A stretch of DNA of 64,000 nucleotides. Source: Massalongia carnosa (lineage: Eukaryota). A model generated the notes under the pieces. It was given only the letters and a program-made list of their open reading frames with translations, was not told where the DNA came from and searched no databases. A program made the translations under genes and the position numbers. Shown piece after piece: positions 24,937 through 37,120 of this stretch. Location: the NCBI GenBank assembly GCA_965645245.1, contig OZ287086.1, positions 1,116,001 to 1,180,000 of the forward strand, given 5' to 3'. Position 1 is the stretch's first letter. Each line of letters opens with the position of its first letter.

Positions 24937-26634
24937 GTTGTTCAGCTTTGATTCTTAGTTATCTAGCAAACGCATTAGTTGAATACTCATAAGACGTCAG
25001 GATTGAAATATTCAAACAATTCAAGTGCTGGCTGTTGTTTTCAGACAACTGTTGACGACGAGAAGCGTCAAAAAGGGAAAGCCCGGAGCGAGAGGTCTGA
25101 GGGGAACCGTAGAAAGAGAAGCGATGTGGAGATGAAAGGAGCGAGTCTGGCCCATTCACCCAAATCAAATATCTTTCGTCAGAAATTCTACTCCAAGGAG
25201 AAAAACCAAAAATATATCATGCTCCATATCCTGTGCACTAGAGTTGTAGAGCCAATGACAGAGATGCCGAGGTCACGATGAGTAAGACATGGGCCACGAT
25301 CCAAGACCGGGTTTGGGTGCGTTTTGCCTGCCGCATCGAAAATCTACTTCTGCACGCCAGATGCAGGCGATCTCAATAGTAGAAATGTAAAACTTTGATT
25401 ACAGGAGGCTTAGTGGCAGACTGAAGGCTTTGAAAGGTGATTATCTTAAAATGCTATCTAGAAGGAAGGAAGTTCGAGGGGGTCCTCCCGAGGACCAGAT
25501 TGACCAGATTGTTTGCAAACACCTCCTTAATCACCTTACCGCATTAGGATTCAGGGGGGCGGTCTATTGTAAGGCCGGCCTCCGATAAGGCTAGGTGGAC
25601 CGTCGCTATTGTCAATCCAAAGTAAAATGCGGTCAACACTGTAAGCGAACAGGTTGATGTCGGAAAAGGAGAAATAAGAAATGATGGGCGTCTTGCGTCA
25701 TAGATTCAATCAGGATCGTCCTTGGTTTCAACACGTGAACGTAACGAGGTAGACATGATCGTAGACTTCTTCAGCGATCCTGTGATCCCGTCAATATCAA
25801 CCAGCCATGAGGAGTTCACATTAGCGGTAGCATTCAACACGAGAGACATGGAATATATACTTGTCATCTTGTTGATGTCGAAGGTGCACGACAGCTGGAT
25901 TGCTTTACCAACAAGGAAGCGATACCGGGTGCACTCTATTACAAACTTGAGGACTCGATTGGGTCACTGTTGACTCTTTAAGAAACCGCACATTAAGGCT
26001 CTATCCGCGACGGTCCATTCATTGTTATCCGTGCTAGTTTCTTTGACCAGAGTACTACATATTATATGCATTCTCTACTCATAACCACCATGTAGGCCAA
26101 GAAGTCAGCGTACTCAGCCGTCTTTCTGCCATTCCTTCCCGACATTGTCACCGCACCGGCCGCCCTCGTTATGACACTTAGATACTCGTAATTTAGTTCT
26201 GCAATCAGGGACTGCAAAAAGCCGCAAGGTTGCTAAATGGGCTGTGATATTATGCGGAGGAGGTAGTCGCAAAGGGTGGATGGGGCGGAGGTGTAATTAA
26301 GGCAGCATTCTGGATGTGAGGAAATTCTTGCTCGAGGGCATACTCCACTTACGGTACTGTATGGATAAGATAGGATCTCTTCCTCTTGATAGAATATCAG
26401 TTTTCAAGCACGTCTTTGAGACCACCTTTATCATATATCATCATTTCTTCGCTGTTTATGTTGACTTTATTATGCTCAATTCTCTGGGCTTTGTAATCTG
26501 AACGACGTTCTTGCATGCAAACTCTTCCAGCATCAAATAGTTCCGATCTTTGATATCATCCCGCTCTTCAATTCAAATATTGCCGAGTGTCTCGATTGTC
26601 TTGAAGAATTCATCTTTGACACTTTAAACCATTA

Positions 26635-26968
26635 TGTCGGACCGTTCTTATTGATCTGGAAAATGATGTTCTCCTTGTCTATCTAAACTGGAAATTCTAG
26701 CTAGCTATATAGACCATTTCGCCACATTCTTTCATAATCTAGATATCTTCCAGCCACTTCTATTTACTAATAGATCATTAGTGATCCGGAACCCATGCGA
26801 GGTACAATGCTTTGAAATCATTGAGTATTAGAAATCAGATATATGGCATAGAAAGAAATAGCATCTGAAAGATCGAGGCCTCGGTTATTAGTCCGAAATC
26901 ACGTGCTTTTCCTTCAACAGGATCTTACTTCGGGAATTGGCTTGAACCACGGTCTATTAATATCGACA
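26635..26968. mobile_element. Solo LTR (334 bp, TG...CA), family copy 1
   Basis: tgtcggacc...atatcgaca; near-identical copy at 58038-58371. Confidence 0.85.
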
Positions 26969-27454
26969 CCATCATTTAAAGCAAGATAAAGCTATAGGAA
27001 GCACGAAAGCTTATCACTAGAGGCAATGCTATGGTAAAGCTCTCTTCTAGTAGTGCAAGGCTCTTACGGGGTTAGTTAGTGTTCTTTGCATTTCAGTGTG
27101 TGCTGTCAACAGAGAATTCTTATCTTTTTGACAAGATACGGTTTAGCTCGAATCTAGCGGAGTATTCAAGGATTTGATTCATCTTTCTTCTTCATTTAGC
27201 ATCAGCACTTGTTATTAATAGACTTCATCATTTAATCCTCCAGTGACCAAAAGTTCTTTTCCAACCCTCCTTCATGAGATCATTTTCCGAACCCCCCCCC
27301 CAATCTTTAAAATCCTGAGCGTCATAAATGAAACATTTCATAGACTCATCCGTGTTTTACGAAAAATTTTACACTCAATATAACGGAGACAAGCGTCTCG
27401 CGAATGAAGCTTTTCATAAAAGTTAAAGTTAAATATTATCGCTAAAGGGGGTTG

Positions 27455-27720
27455 AGGACTAGTAGGGCTTTAAAAAGCGTAGGGACTGAAAGATTATAGA
27501 CGTTGAAAGAGAGTGAAGACTGAAAGAGAGTAAAGACTGGAAGGAAGTAGGAATTCAAAAAGCATAGGAACTGGAAGAGAGTAGCGACTGAAAGGGAGTA
27601 GGGACTGGAAGTGGGTAGGAATTAGACGAGTATAGGGACTGAAAGGGAGTAGTGATTGACAAGGAATATGGACTAAAAAGCCCCAGTCATTTCAAAGCCT
27701 TGGGCGTGTTTCTTGGCTAG
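27455..27720. repeat. Degenerate ~19-bp minisatellite (agggactgaaagggagt-like) followed by a ~90-bp segment repeated at 43590-43685
   Basis: About 10 imperfect units visible; the shared tail gactaaaa.gccccagtcattt.aaagccttgggc occurs at both loci. Confidence 0.7.
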
Positions 27721-29017
27721 GGACAAAAGCCCTGGGGGAATAAGTTCGTAAAGAGACACAACTCGTGGGATCAAACTCGTAGAACGAAATTCTTAAAATA
27801 CACACCAAAATTAAAGCAAAAATCTAGATTAATCTAATTGTACTCCACGCCTCTTTAATTACTGATTGCCTTTCCTTTTCACTCGCTTTTTCCAAGTCGG
27901 TTCTTTTCTTCGCCAACCAGCCTACGGATGTCTTGATCAGAAAAGTCAACAGTGCTCTTGAAGCAGCTAAGGCGTCAAATCCAATCTATGAAGTATTTCA
28001 GGTATTGTAATAGAAGCTCTGCTGGCATAGTAAAAAGCTCACTTTTGAAACGATTGATTTTTTTATCTACCTATCTAAGGACCGTGTTTATATAGATAGA
28101 AAAACATGCCGAAAACCGTTCTCCCTATGACTCACCTTCCTGCTTCCTAGAAATCTAAGATTGGTGATTGACTCATATCCAATTTATGACTCGATGGGAA
28201 TGTTCATAGAAGTTTTGCGGTGCTTCTCGAGGTCGTTATGTGTTGCCTAATGTTCTTACCAACGCACTAATCCCAATGCGGTACTATGTGACTCTGAACA
28301 CTTTACTAGGCATCAGCCGGGTGACTTTGCACATTACAACATCAGGGAACTTGTGTCGCGATCCGAATCTACGCCGACAAAACTGAATCCGCTTACATCA
28401 CCAGCCTGGCCGAACAGCGATACCGCGAGACAACAGCGCGTGCGAAAGGAGACGATAAGATGTATCTCACTGAAGTCGTGGACGCACCTCATACTTCTTT
28501 CCATCATCGTCGATAAGGGATGCTCTTCCATTCCGAAAGTGGTTTAGCACGATTAGGGTAACTATTAGTAGCATCATACGATTTAAACCGAAAAGAGTTT
28601 AGTGTGCTGTTGGCAGCTGCATTACTAGCTTGTACGCACCCTGGATGACAGTACGTTGATTGATTGATTGATTGATTCATACACCGATCCAAGGGCCGAA
28701 GGCCCTTATGCGGGAGTGCTAAACTACATCGGGGGGTGTCCCAGGGGATGGGTATCTAATTCTGCTGAGGGCAGAATTGCTGCACTAAGCGCTGAAAGTA
28801 CAAAAAATACAAAAACTCTTTTAGCTGTACAAGGGGTTGTGAATGCAAGGAAGAGGGAAAAGAAGACACGAACAGAGGGACAAACCGCTTGAGACAAATC
28901 GATAAATAGAACTCCAACGCCACCCTCCTGGGCCTCTGTGCTTGGTGTTGATACATGCAAGCCCTACCATGGTAGAGACTATTCTGTGAGCGGGATAAAA
29001 CAAGAGCCGGCCTGCCG

Positions 29018-32000
29018 TTAACTCGTGGATTGTTCGGTTGCTATCCTCACGTCTCCAAATTGGCCGAGGAGACGTGAGGATAGCATGAATTTGGATGCTG
29101 CCTTGGCCAGTCTGGGGGTGCTAAAAATTTCTTGGAGATCGAACACCTTCCGGCCTATCCAGATAGTCTCCATGCGCAATCGATGGTGCCTGACGCACTC
29201 CAGAAGCACATGGTGAACTGTTTGATAACCGAAGCCGCATGGGCATTCGCCCGTTTCGGTGCGGCCTATATCTGAGAGATACTTGCGTAGAGACCAATCT
29301 TACTGTTCTCATCTGCACCAGGGTGGAACTCATTGACTTGTGAAGCCCCTGGTAGAGCTGCAAGACCTTGTTAGTGGGCTGGGGGAGGAGCTTTTTCGTC
29401 ATCTGTCCGCGTTTTTCTGCCTCCCAATCCCCAGCCCATTCTTTGCTGATCATTGTCCTCATGTTGCGTTTTATCGCCGACTTCACTGTGTGTCCGAGGA
29501 AGTCGAAGTGGGTGATGGAGGGACTCTGGCCAGGTTCTAACCAGCCTGATGCTTCTTTTGCTGCTTGGTCTGCTATCTCGTTGCCTTCTACTCCCATATG
29601 CCCAGGTATCCAGCAGAGTCTGACTCTGGCCTGCATCTCCCGGCATGCGTGGAGTTTTCCAATGATCTCGCGTAGTATGAACTGACCTGATTGAGTTCCG
29701 GGGTCGGCTACTGATTTGATGGCTGATTGATTATCTGCAAAAACCGTTATTATCTCCCCTTGCCATCGTGCAATAGCCGCCGCCAGTCCCAGGTCGATGC
29801 CCACTAGTTCCGCGAGGTAAACTGTGGCTTCTTTGTTCGTTCCGAGGCGGGTTCCTACCCGTGTGTTGTCGCTGGGGATGACTGCTGCCGCACCAACTCC
29901 GAAGGGGTTATCACTCCCATCCGTGTATATGACTATTTGGTTCGGCTCTGATGTCATCTTGTCATGCTCTTTGATTGCTTCCTCTTTACTGGAAGCAATG
30001 TGCGTTTCGGGGGGAGACCACCATGGTTCCACTATGAATGGAAGAATGACCTCTAACCGCCAGGGTTGAGGGCATTTCCCCGAAGTCATTAAGCGGGACT
30101 CTAGCTTAGCTAGAGGGCTCCAGTATCGATAGTGGGAGTCCGCTTGGCTTGTCCAGGCGCGGATCTCACGTATTATGGCGTAAAGGGGGCTTGAACGTAT
30201 GCGCAGTAGTGACTCGTTCACTGCCTGCTCCATGCGTTGCCGGCCAGGCAGGAGGTGAAGCTCCATATCCAAGGCCGGGCCCGAGGTTGTTCTAAATGCC
30301 CCTGAAATGATCAGTGCCGCCCGTCGCTGAATAGATCTGACGGCTTTGAGCACGGCGGTTGCTTGCGTGATAGTCCCGTATCCGCCCTCGGGAACATACC
30401 ATGCAGAGCATCCAAAGGTGAGTTGCGGTAGTATGGTGGCTTGATAGATCCTTCGAAGGCTCGCAAGACTGGTGCCCCATGTGGAGCCCGCAAGGCTGCC
30501 TAGGGCCCCCAGTCTCTTTGAGGTTTTGGCTTCCAGTTTCCTTAAATGGGCGTGCCATTTGAGCTTGTCGTCGAATGTGGCGCCCAGGTAGGTGGCGGTA
30601 TGCTGTGGCTTGATGGTTTTGCCCGCTAGGGAGATAGCTCTCTCTGGGGGGTTCAAATCCGTCTCTGAGGGTCCTTTGATAAAGTGCAAGAGCTGGAATT
30701 TGGCGGGGGCAAATTTGGAGGCGTGTGTGTCCGCCCATTTCTGCTCTCTCGTCATGAACGAGGCTTCGAGATTTCTACAGTTCTGTTCTGCTGAAGTTCC
30801 AATAATTAGTTTGGATATGTCATCGACATAGCCCAAGTTCATCTTTTTGGGCCCTTCCTCTTCCATAAGGTCGGCGTTGTAGAAGAGATAAAGAATAGGA
30901 GATATAGGGGATCCCTGAGGGACTCCAAAGTTCGTGGTGAATGGTTGCGAGGTGTAGTCGGGCATGGCGATGGTCGTTTTCCTTTCCTGAAGGAAGCTTT
31001 CGATCCATTTAGCTATGTTGCCGCCTATTCTTCTCTTCCGTAGGTTGTGCAGTAGTCTTTCGTGGGATACGTTATCGTAAGCACCCGAGATGTCCAGCAT
31101 GAGCACTGTGGCCACTTCGTTGTTAAGCCAGGCTGCGTGGATGGCCTCTAGGAGCAGATGGAGGGCATGTTCGGGTGATCTAGCTCGCCTGCCGCCTATA
31201 TGGAGTCTGGGGAGTAGGCTCTCGGTCTCCACCGCGTGATTGATTCTGGTTGCAATGATCTTCTCCATAGTCTTACCTAAAGTGTTGAGCAAGGCTATGG
31301 GTCTGTATGAATTCGGCAAACTGTAGTCGGCCTTAGCTGGTTTTCTGAGAACCACCGTGGTGGATTCTCTTAAAGCATTGGGGTGATGACCCAGTTCCCA
31401 GCTGGCGTTATACAGAGCTACAAGTGTGGGCATGATGAGCGGTAACACATCTCTGAGGATTCTATTAGGCAGTCCGTCGGGGCCTGGGGCCGAGAGTGGT
31501 GCTGCCTTTGTGATGGCTTTAGTTATTTCCCGAGCTGAGATGGGAGCAAATTGGATTGGCTCTGGATAGTGATAATCGGCCATGTCTTCAAGATTGGTCG
31601 CGTCCGGGATAGGAAAAAACTGTCTGCGAAGCAGTTCAGCCTTGCCCGAGGCCTCCGTCACTTTGGAGCCATCGCTTTTCATTAGGGTTGGGGTGAAGGC
31701 TTGGAATGGGGTCGACCTGTTCTTAGCCCATTTCGCAAGCTTCCAGAGACCATCTGGAGTGCTGGTGGCCTCCTCTACCCTGTCCCTATGTGTTGTCTTA
31801 AGAGCTTTTTGTACGATTTTGTTTTTGCTGTTTCTCGCCTCTCGGTAGGCTTCCCAGTCTTCCAGAGAGCGCGTTTCCTTATGCTTGCGCCTGAGACGTC
31901 TGCATAGGGTGACTGCCTCTTTGCATTCCGGGGTAAAGCCAGGTTTTGAATGATTGCACCCTCTAGAAAGTGGGACTGCTGTCTCCACTGCGTGCTGGAT

Positions 32001-32873
32001 AGCTTCAACTAACTCATGGGCCAAGTTGTCGAGTTCTTGAACTGTGCTCACGCTCCTAGGTGCCGGGAGCTTGTCTGTCATCGTGTCTAGTAGCTTTTTC
32101 CTATCAGTCTTAGACCACATGCGAGAGGACCTTATGGCCCTCTTAACTGTGGTGATATCGAATGCTGTGCCAATGGGGTAGTGATCTGAGTCACAATCCA
32201 ACTCTCTTCTCACATCGCACATGAGTACGGCTGAAGCCACTGCGGGGGTTGCGAACGTTAAGTCTATCGTGCTCTGTGCTGATCTATGATCGTATGTTAT
32301 GGTGCCAGGGGGGAGCAGAAGTTCTAGCTCGCTTTGATCGAGAATCTCCAGTAGTTGGTCTGCCTCCGGGTGTTGATGATGGTAGTCTTCGCCAGTCCAT
32401 AGGGGATGGTGAAGATTGAAGTCCCCTACCACTATGTGTTCTCCCTCCACCTCTAGCGCCTTGCTTAGGTCTGGCAAGGTGCTGTAGTTTCCCTGAGAGG
32501 GGGAGGGATTGTAGATGTAATGGATATTGATGACTCGCTGGGTTTCGCCAGGAAATTCCAAGTGCAAAGTCATCAGATCGGGAGAGTGGAAGGTTACCTT
32601 CCAAGAGGCGCTTGCTATGTCTTTGTTGACGAACATGCATACTCTCGGAGGGAGCTCTTGTTCTCCTGTTTCGGGGGGATAGAGAAGGTGGAAAACATTT
32701 TTGACCGGATTGTGCGTGGTGTGTTGATAGGGGTTCCCCGCCCAGGGTTCCTGGATGGCCAGGATGCCGTATTTCATGCTTTCCTCCCTGCGAAGGAAGT
32801 CCGCCATGACAGTGTTCTTGGATTTGTTGCAGTTGTACTGAAGTATGGACAGATAGTGGGTGTATTCACTCAT
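29018..32873 (-). CDS. LINE ORF2: APE endonuclease, reverse transcriptase, RNase H; C-terminal zinc finger frameshifted at ~29300
   Basis: ILAIQEPW, GDFNLHHPLW, SDHYPI, YRPIALLNTLGK, GVPQGSPISP, YVDD, IYTDGS, WIPGHMGVEGNEIAD; the tail VLLEC lies in another frame (29018..29209). Confidence 0.9.
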
Positions 32874-34435
32874 AGTTTCTCTTCTGTCTGAGTACTGGGC
32901 TGCAAGCGACGGGTTGCCGATCTGGTGGTCATTGAAGAACTATCGTCGTTCTCCTTATCGCTCAAGACCTCCACAGCCTTCGAGGAGGGTTTCTTCTTTC
33001 CCTTCTTAGAAGCTGCTTGTGCCATGCTCCTGTTGGTAGAACTGGGGTTGTCTGCCAGGGGCTCTACCTCCCCATGCGCCCGCTTCTTCCCCTTGCGGAG
33101 AGTTGGCACGGTTTGCCAATCTTTCTCTCGTACAGAGCCCGTTCGAGGGCCCTGTTCCACCTGGGTTGAGGCTGGGGTCACCTCACTGCTTGTCGTGACC
33201 GTCGGCGTGGTCGATGCCGGCGGACCGCTCCGTTCTTGTTCCTGACCATTTAGGGTCTCCCTTGAGGAGGCCCTGAGAGGCCAGAAGAGGAGAGCTTCTT
33301 CTTTGGCCCGCTTCATTCGGGCCTTTTCCTTCTTTCGCTCCGGGCAAGACTCTGCGCTTGCCCCGTGGCCCTCCTTGCCACACGCATTGCATTTGAGAGT
33401 GACCGATTTGCAATCGGTCATGTGGTGACTTTCGGAACATTTGAAGCATGTTTGATGCTTCTGTCGGCAAGCATGGCTCGTGTGACCATACTTACCGCAC
33501 CGGAAACATTGCCTAAGCCTGGCCTCCGGAACATGTCTTTCCACCGCGAAAGATCTCCCATCCAAATATAGCTGCGAGGCCAAAATGGCATTGCAGTCTA
33601 ATTCGTTCTCAAAGTATACCACCATGGATCTAGCTGTGGCTCCTGCCTTACTCGTGCGGGACAACCATTCTACTCCTGTTACCCTATTCCTAACGGGCAT
33701 ATGTGACTTATTTTCCTCCCAGAGGCGTTCCTTGATGTCTGTCATGCTTAGATTAGCCGGTACAAAGTGCGCGATTAAGCCGAAGCTTGGCTGTATTATA
33801 GTAGCTTTGCTCGATAGCCTGATGGCCCATCGGGTGCCTTTTCTTAGGCGTTCCGTGTCTGAGGCGTTGTTGACTATTACCTGTAGGTCTCCGCTAGGGA
33901 GGACCCTTGCTGCTATTGCTACGGCTGCTGCCTTGGCTGTGCCATTGGAAATAGGGGGGGCGGGAGCGTTTTGATTGGTCGGAATTCTCGTGTTGTTATG
34001 ATCCTTTAACGCGTTAGATATTGCCGCGTTGATTCTGTCTTTGAGCACTGAGGAGGCCAGTTTGGCCAGATCCTTTGCTATGGCTTCGTTGTTCAGTTTG
34101 ACGACGATTTCACGAGCTTTCTCTTCTAGTATAGGAGCGGGGATGGACGTCCCCGAAAGCGTAGAGATCGTTGGGGCCGAGGCAGCAAAGGCTGCCCGTT
34201 CTGCCCAGGTCATCGTCCTCTTGTAGCCAGTAGTGGCCGCGGAGGAGGTAGTGGGTGTTGTGCGGGCGGTGTCTTGCTTGCGCTCGACATAGGTGACTTT
34301 AGTGAGCGTTTGCTCTGTAGTGTTCTTTATTTGGTTGATGGTAGCTTGGAGCTGATCCATTGTGGGCTGGTTGCGCATCTTCTCCAGTAGGCTGAGCATA
34401 CTGGAGAGTAACGGGGTGTAAGACTGAACCTTCAT
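32870..34435 (-). CDS. LINE ORF1 gag-like nucleic-acid-binding protein with CCHC zinc knuckles
   Basis: QCFRCGKYGHTSHAC, CFKCSESHHMTDC, CNACGKEGH. Confidence 0.88.
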   Translation of the reverse strand: MKVQSYTPLLSSMLSLLEKMRNQPTMDQLQATINQIKNTTEQTLTKVTYVERKQDTARTTPTTSSAATTGYKRTMTWAERAAFAASAPTISTLSGTSIPAPILEEKAREIVVKLNNEAIAKDLAKLASSVLKDRINAAISNALKDHNNTRIPTNQNAPAPPISNGTAKAAAVAIAARVLPSGDLQVIVNNASDTERLRKGTRWAIRLSSKATIIQPSFGLIAHFVPANLSMTDIKERLWEENKSHMPVRNRVTGVEWLSRTSKAGATARSMVVYFENELDCNAILASQLYLDGRSFAVERHVPEARLRQCFRCGKYGHTSHACRQKHQTCFKCSESHHMTDCKSVTLKCNACGKEGHGASAESCPERKKEKARMKRAKEEALLFWPLRASSRETLNGQEQERSGPPASTTPTVTTSSEVTPASTQVEQGPRTGSVREKDWQTVPTLRKGKKRAHGEVEPLADNPSSTNRSMAQAASKKGKKKPSSKAVEVLSDKENDDSSSMTTRSATRRLQPSTQTEEKL

Positions 34436-35214
34436 AGGTCTTTGCTTCTGATATGCCTCGCAGTAGTTAAGTTATTAAGCACATTGGTGAGGAAGTGACG
34501 ATGCTCGTCTAGTGAATCGGGGGGGCGTCGTTGGGCACGACAAAAGAGCTCCCCATGGTTGCCACAATGCAGCCACAACAGAAGGGACGATATAACTTTC
34601 GGCCAAGATAGCTACAGAGTCGGGGAGCAATTCTACGTGATCACAATGACTATTGAGGGCTTGTATGGGTAACGAATGCAATTTCTAGTGCTAGCTAAAA
34701 AAGTGCCAAAGTTTTTGGATGACAGTACGTAGTAACTGTTTAAGCATCTCGTTAAGCCTAGGCTTGACGTTTTCAGCCTTATATGGATAACGTAACTCAC
34801 TGGGCAACGGGACAAACTGGGCAACGGGACAAACTGGGCAACGGGACTAACTAAATTTCGCTTAATTTCTACAGCCTCCCTCTCACCCGTTTTACATACA
34901 AATTCGGCTTCAATGTCTATTAGACGTGAAATTGATATTTTGTCTGCATGCAACTTAATCACATTTTACGTGGTTGACGTACAATACGACCCCGTCTGGT
35001 AGTTTGAACCTTCTTCACCTCCTCTACCACCTCCACCTCCACCTCTACCCCCCCACTCACCTTCACCTCCTCCACCCCCTCTACCTCTTCTGTCATTGGT
35101 TGAAGCACGGGAGGAGGTAGTAATCGTCTTTGAAAAGAACAAATAGGCTTACTTTGTGAACTATCAGGTGCTTTCTGAGGACTTTTCTGAGGACTTTTCG
35201 TCGAAGATGCAGTA

Positions 35215-37120
35215 TTCGTGCCCCACACTTTCGCTCGGTCGACTCGCTTAGTGCTAGCCAGCCATACAGCCAGGACCAGCCATACAGCCAAAATCTTCAA
35301 ATTTCTACCCACCACCTTTGAAAAATTCATTATCCACCACCATCATGCCTGAATCTTATACTATAATTGAAAATCGTATTGCAAAGGCCATTGACGCCTT
35401 AAACTCACGCAAAAACGCCAAACTCAGTGCAATTGCGCGAGAATTTAATGTACCTAGAGGAAGACTTCGTTCTCGGGTCAAAGGGGTGTCATCTAAAACG
35501 AAAGTACGAGGACTGCATAATAGACGTCTAAAACCCGATCAGGAGTTGGCCCTACGTCTATATCTTTTGAAACTGGATTCTTTGGACATTCCGGCTCGTC
35601 TGCATATGGTGGAAGTGGCTGCATACTCCATTCTTCGTCAAACGGCTTCCGATTCGACGCCTCCTCCTCCTCTCGGCTCGCATTGGATCAAAAGATGGCT
35701 AAAACGTCAGTCAGATCTTTACAAGGTTAAACGTAAGCCTCTAGCTGCTGAGCGCAAAAATGCGCATGATTTGGAGTTATTGATGGGGCATTTTGAAAAA
35801 TATCAAGAAGTAGTGAACAAGTATGGAATAAATCCGAAGGATCAGTGGAATTTTGATGAAACTGGGTTTCGTATTGGTATGGCACGAAGTGATTGGATAA
35901 TCACAGCAGATTCTTCTCGACAATCATACAGTTCCGATCCATCAAATCGAGAATCGCTGACAGCGGTGGAGTGTATCAACGGGGCTGGTCAGGACATTCC
36001 CCCTTTTTTAATTGTGTCTGGCATCAACATCCTCGCTCCCTGGGTCAAAAACGATCTGAGCAATGATGTAGTCATTTCTACAGCTGAATCAGGCTGTACA
36101 AATGACTGGTTGAGTTTGCAATGGATCAAGCATTTCGACAAACACACTGAAAAAATAAGAGAGGGGGCTTGGAGACTTTTGATAATGGACGGTTATGGAT
36201 CTCATCATACTCGAGAATTTCTAGAATATTGTGAAACGAAAAACATCATTCCATTCGGATTACCATCTCACACCACACATCTCTTACAACCATTGGATGT
36301 GTGTGTTTTTCAACCTCTGAAACACTGGCATTCGGAGGCCGTCAATGAAGCAATTCAGAATGGAGATCAAACCTTTTCCAAAGTCGAATTTCTGAATGCA
36401 TTTAGCAAGTTTCGATCGCTGGCTTTTAAACCTTCCACCATACAGTCTGCTTGGAGAAAAACAGGCTTGATTCCGTTCAATCCAGGCATTGTTCTCGACA
36501 AAGTTCGAGAACTTCTTCCTCCCCCTCCTCGTGAGTCAACTCCATCTCATACAGCCCCCCTATCTGTACAAGAAACCCCTCGAACCGTGCGACAGTTGGC
36601 CACAGTAGCCACAGAAATCATGACGCATTCAGCTTGCTCGGATGACCTCGTACAAATTGTTAGCAAATTTGTAAAGGGAGCTGTTGCCGAGGTTCGAAAA
36701 GGCGATCTTCTGGAACAACGCTGGGAACAACAAATCAAGGCCCAAACTGCTCGGAAAGCTCGTAAACGAGAGGCCAATAAGATTCTTCATCACGGAGGCG
36801 TACTTACTGTTGGTGAGGCCCGTTCAATGGTTCGTGGTAGGGAGGAGCAGGAGGAGATAAGGGAGAAAGAGCGAAACGTCGCATGGGAAAAGCGTTATTG
36901 TACGGCTCTTACCAAAGTGGTTAGGCAGTCAAAAGCGCATAGAAAGATGCTTATGACTAGAAGCATGAATAGTCACAAAAGATGGATGATGATCATGAAG
37001 GAATTGCTGAAAAAAACCTCGATGTATGTAGGATAGTTGATTTTTGGCTGTATGGCTGGTCCTGGCTGTATGGCTGGCTAGCACTAAGCGAGTCGACCGA
37101 GCGAAAGTGTGGGGCACGAA
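35215..37120 (+). mobile_element. Inner pogo/Fot1-type DNA transposon with perfect ~79-bp TIRs
   Basis: ttcgtgccccacactttcgctcgg... / ...ccgagcgaaagtgtggggcacgaa; TA TSD at 35213-35214 and 37121-37122. Confidence 0.93.
35345..37036 (+). CDS. Intact pogo-family (HTH CENP-B plus DDE_1) transposase
   Basis: WNFDETGF, LLIMDGYGSH, HLLQPLDV; uninterrupted ORF. Confidence 0.9.
   Translation: MPESYTIIENRIAKAIDALNSRKNAKLSAIAREFNVPRGRLRSRVKGVSSKTKVRGLHNRRLKPDQELALRLYLLKLDSLDIPARLHMVEVAAYSILRQTASDSTPPPPLGSHWIKRWLKRQSDLYKVKRKPLAAERKNAHDLELLMGHFEKYQEVVNKYGINPKDQWNFDETGFRIGMARSDWIITADSSRQSYSSDPSNRESLTAVECINGAGQDIPPFLIVSGINILAPWVKNDLSNDVVISTAESGCTNDWLSLQWIKHFDKHTEKIREGAWRLLIMDGYGSHHTREFLEYCETKNIIPFGLPSHTTHLLQPLDVCVFQPLKHWHSEAVNEAIQNGDQTFSKVEFLNAFSKFRSLAFKPSTIQSAWRKTGLIPFNPGIVLDKVRELLPPPPRESTPSHTAPLSVQETPRTVRQLATVATEIMTHSACSDDLVQIVSKFVKGAVAEVRKGDLLEQRWEQQIKAQTARKARKREANKILHHGGVLTVGEARSMVRGREEQEEIREKERNVAWEKRYCTALTKVVRQSKAHRKMLMTRSMNSHKRWMMIMKELLKKTSMYVG

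Larger units (their letters stand above)
28657..34715 (-). mobile_element. Full-length Tad1-like non-LTR retrotransposon (LINE)
   Basis: 15-bp TSD tggatgacagtacgt at 28642-28656 and 34716-34730; (TCAA)n 3' tail; two ORFs. Confidence 0.93.

Noticed and set aside
25300..28600. Possible decayed gene(s) between the cluster and the LINE
   Set aside because: Multiple stops in all frames and no motif I can recognise; needs tblastx
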